Below the pieces are notes generated by a model that was given only the letters and a program-made list of their open reading frames with translations, was not told the DNA's origin and ran no database searches. 64,000 nt of DNA from Trichosphaerium sp. ATCC 40318. Its lineage: Eukaryota > Protista > Tubulinea. A program made the translations under genes and the position numbers. Location of the stretch: positions 82,690-146,689 of the forward strand of contig JALMLS010000197.1 of the NCBI GenBank assembly GCA_038496445.1, given 5' to 3'. Below are positions 62,160-64,000 of this stretch, in pieces. Each line of letters opens with the position of its first letter. The first letter of the stretch is position 1.

Positions 62160-62330
62160 AATTTATATGAAATTCCGTAAGTATTACTCATAGAATTCTT
62201 AGAGTATTACTTTTGGAATTGCGTATGTATTTTATATAGAATTCTCTATGTATTCTTTATAGCATTTCTTAATGTATTTTTTGTAGATTTCAATAAAAAA
62301 TACTTTATAAATTACACAAAATATTATTTG
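62160..62330. repeat. Degenerate 22-bp minisatellite, about 6-7 units
   Basis: Units such as gaattcttagagtattactttt, gaattgcgtatgtattttatat, gaattctctatgtattctttat. Confidence 0.7.
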
Positions 62331-62829
62331 ATACTTTGGTTCAGATTTAATGCAAAGTCATTTTATTTATTGATCATTACAAAATACAAACATCCTAAAT
62401 AATACGTACAAGTTAAATACATCGTTTTTTCATAAACGAAAGAAGTAATTTGATCGCATTTGGTTTTGAGAGCCTGAACAATAATTAATGCATTTGTAAA
62501 CGCTAAATTAAGAATGCGTAGGGTTTTTTGATAAATTAAGTGGAAATAAGCTTTAAAAACAACGTACTTGGAGTTAATGCTTTAAATACATTCTTTAATG
62601 GTGTAATACGGCTGTTGCAATGCTTTAATCATCCTAAAACAGATAAGTAAGAGATATTTATGTTTAAGTGATTTTCCAAACCACCTAAAACGCATTCTCC
62701 GTTACTTTTTGGATTAACGCACTTTAACCTGTACCATTGGTTTTTTCACCTTTAATAATAGCATGTGGATATTGTTCGCTAAAAAAACCTATGTACCTAA
62801 GGTGTCGATGGTTTTTTGCAAATATAAAA

Positions 62830-62975
62830 CTAAACCCTAACCCTAACTTAATTTGTACTTTCATAAACCTCAACCCTAGCCCTAACCCTAACCCTAACTA
62901 AATTAGTACATTATTTGGTGGATTTTGGACAATAATTCTGAAAATAAGGTTTAAGGTTAAGGTTACCTAAACCTC
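62830..62975. repeat. Second interstitial telomere-like cluster
   Basis: aaaccctaaccctaac, aaccctagccctaaccctaaccctaac, aaggtttaaggttaaggtta. Confidence 0.8.
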
Positions 62976-63399
62976 TACTTTTTCGATTTTATTAGATTTT
63001 GCTACTTTCATGGTTGTGCCGCTAGGCACAAGCACGTATTATTATGATGTGCAGCATTGAAAATGATATTTGTGTACTACATAGCCTGTGAGCGACATGC
63101 AAACTTTTTTTTTTTGCAAATTTTGAGATATTTTTACCATGCAGTTGCATTTGGAGGCTGCATTTACAAATGTATTTTTAATTACTTTATGTATCTACAT
63201 ATATGTTATTAGGCCATATAAACATGGTACAAGCAATAATTCATTTGTAGGTATCCATAGTGATGAATTATATAAATATAAGCAATTTTGAGTTTGTAAT
63301 TGGCTTTTTTTTTTGTAAAAAAATATGTATGCACACTTCTCATATACACAACGTTTTTAGTATATCATGTATAGTTAAACTGTAATTTAAATTCATATT

Positions 63400-64000
63400 T
63401 ATATATACATGACAACATAATAAGATATTATATATTTTCATATCTATTCATGACTATGAGATATACAATAATCTTAGGGATTTAATTTGAACCATACAAT
63501 ACCACATACCTTAACATATCGCTTAAGCCAATTTCGTTTTTTGTACCTTATACATTGGCATAAATTACCTGATCACTGGTGGTTTGTAGGATTTTATAGC
63601 AGTATATGTCAATTTGGTGAACCATTCTTTGATTTTTTGATTTTTTTTGATTTTTCCAATGGGATTTTTTTAGCAAAAAAATTGGATACATCTTTGCTTG
63701 GAAGCTGTAGTTACATGATCACCTATAGTTGACTTATGCATATACATGTATGCCATTTTGCTCAAGGAATCTAATGCATTCATTTATTTTGTCATACCTG
63801 TTCATCATGAATAGGGTTAGGGATTTAATTTGAACCATGCATTACCGCATACCTTATCATATCGCTTAAGTCAATTTCGTTTTTTGTACCTTATACATTG
63901 GCATAAATTACCCGATTGCTGGTGGTTTGTAGGATTTTATAGCAGTATACGTCGATTTGGTGAGCCATTCTTCGATTTTTGGATTTTTTTTGATTTTTCA
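63400..64000. repeat. Tandem repeat, period 343 bp (continues beyond window)
   Basis: ttagggatttaatttgaaccat... at 63474 and 63817, roughly 90% identical by eye over the 184 nt that can be compared. Confidence 0.9.

Noticed and set aside
62160-62330. CRISPR-like array
   Set aside because: Eukaryotic DNA; degenerate tandem units with no unique spacers and no cas genes
62380-62760. Minus-strand fragment LRILNLAFTNALIMFR faintly like a piggyBac transposase C-terminal helix
   Set aside because: Too short, surrounded by stops, and no DDD motifs or TTAA-flanked TIRs were identified
61805-62975. True chromosome end
   Set aside because: Tracts are only 2-4 units, mostly C-strand on plus, in mixed orientation and internal

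Overview
Gene-dense, AT-rich (about 35% GC by eye) eukaryotic nuclear DNA with many short spliceosomal introns (mostly 35-60 nt) and the standard genetic code (TAA, TAG and TGA all end genes). The gene content and TTAGGG-type repeats suggest a free-living amoeboid protist (inference). About 25 genes were reconstructed by hand. They include an ACAP-type ArfGAP, TMEM43, an AlkB dioxygenase, F-box/LRR and F-box/ARM proteins, an M14 carboxypeptidase, an alpha/beta hydrolase, PPi-dependent PFK, an RGS protein, a GT61, an NRF-6-like acyltransferase and mitochondrial TrpRS. The last 2.4 kb has no clear gene and holds telomere-like fold-back repeats and satellites. Most notable: (1) a spliced gene joining a virus-type Bro-N-like domain to filamin repeats, next to a small HEXXH orphan; (2) a GT32+GT8 fusion; (3) a CaMK-TerD-C2 kinase; (4) a cluster of CCCTAA/TTAGGG hairpins; (5) about 6-fold excess of CACGTG; (6) an inverted duplication of an intronless F-box/LRR gene plus the last AlkB exon, flanking about 9 kb. 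Gene boundaries are manual and approximate; domain calls come from motif recognition, not searches.
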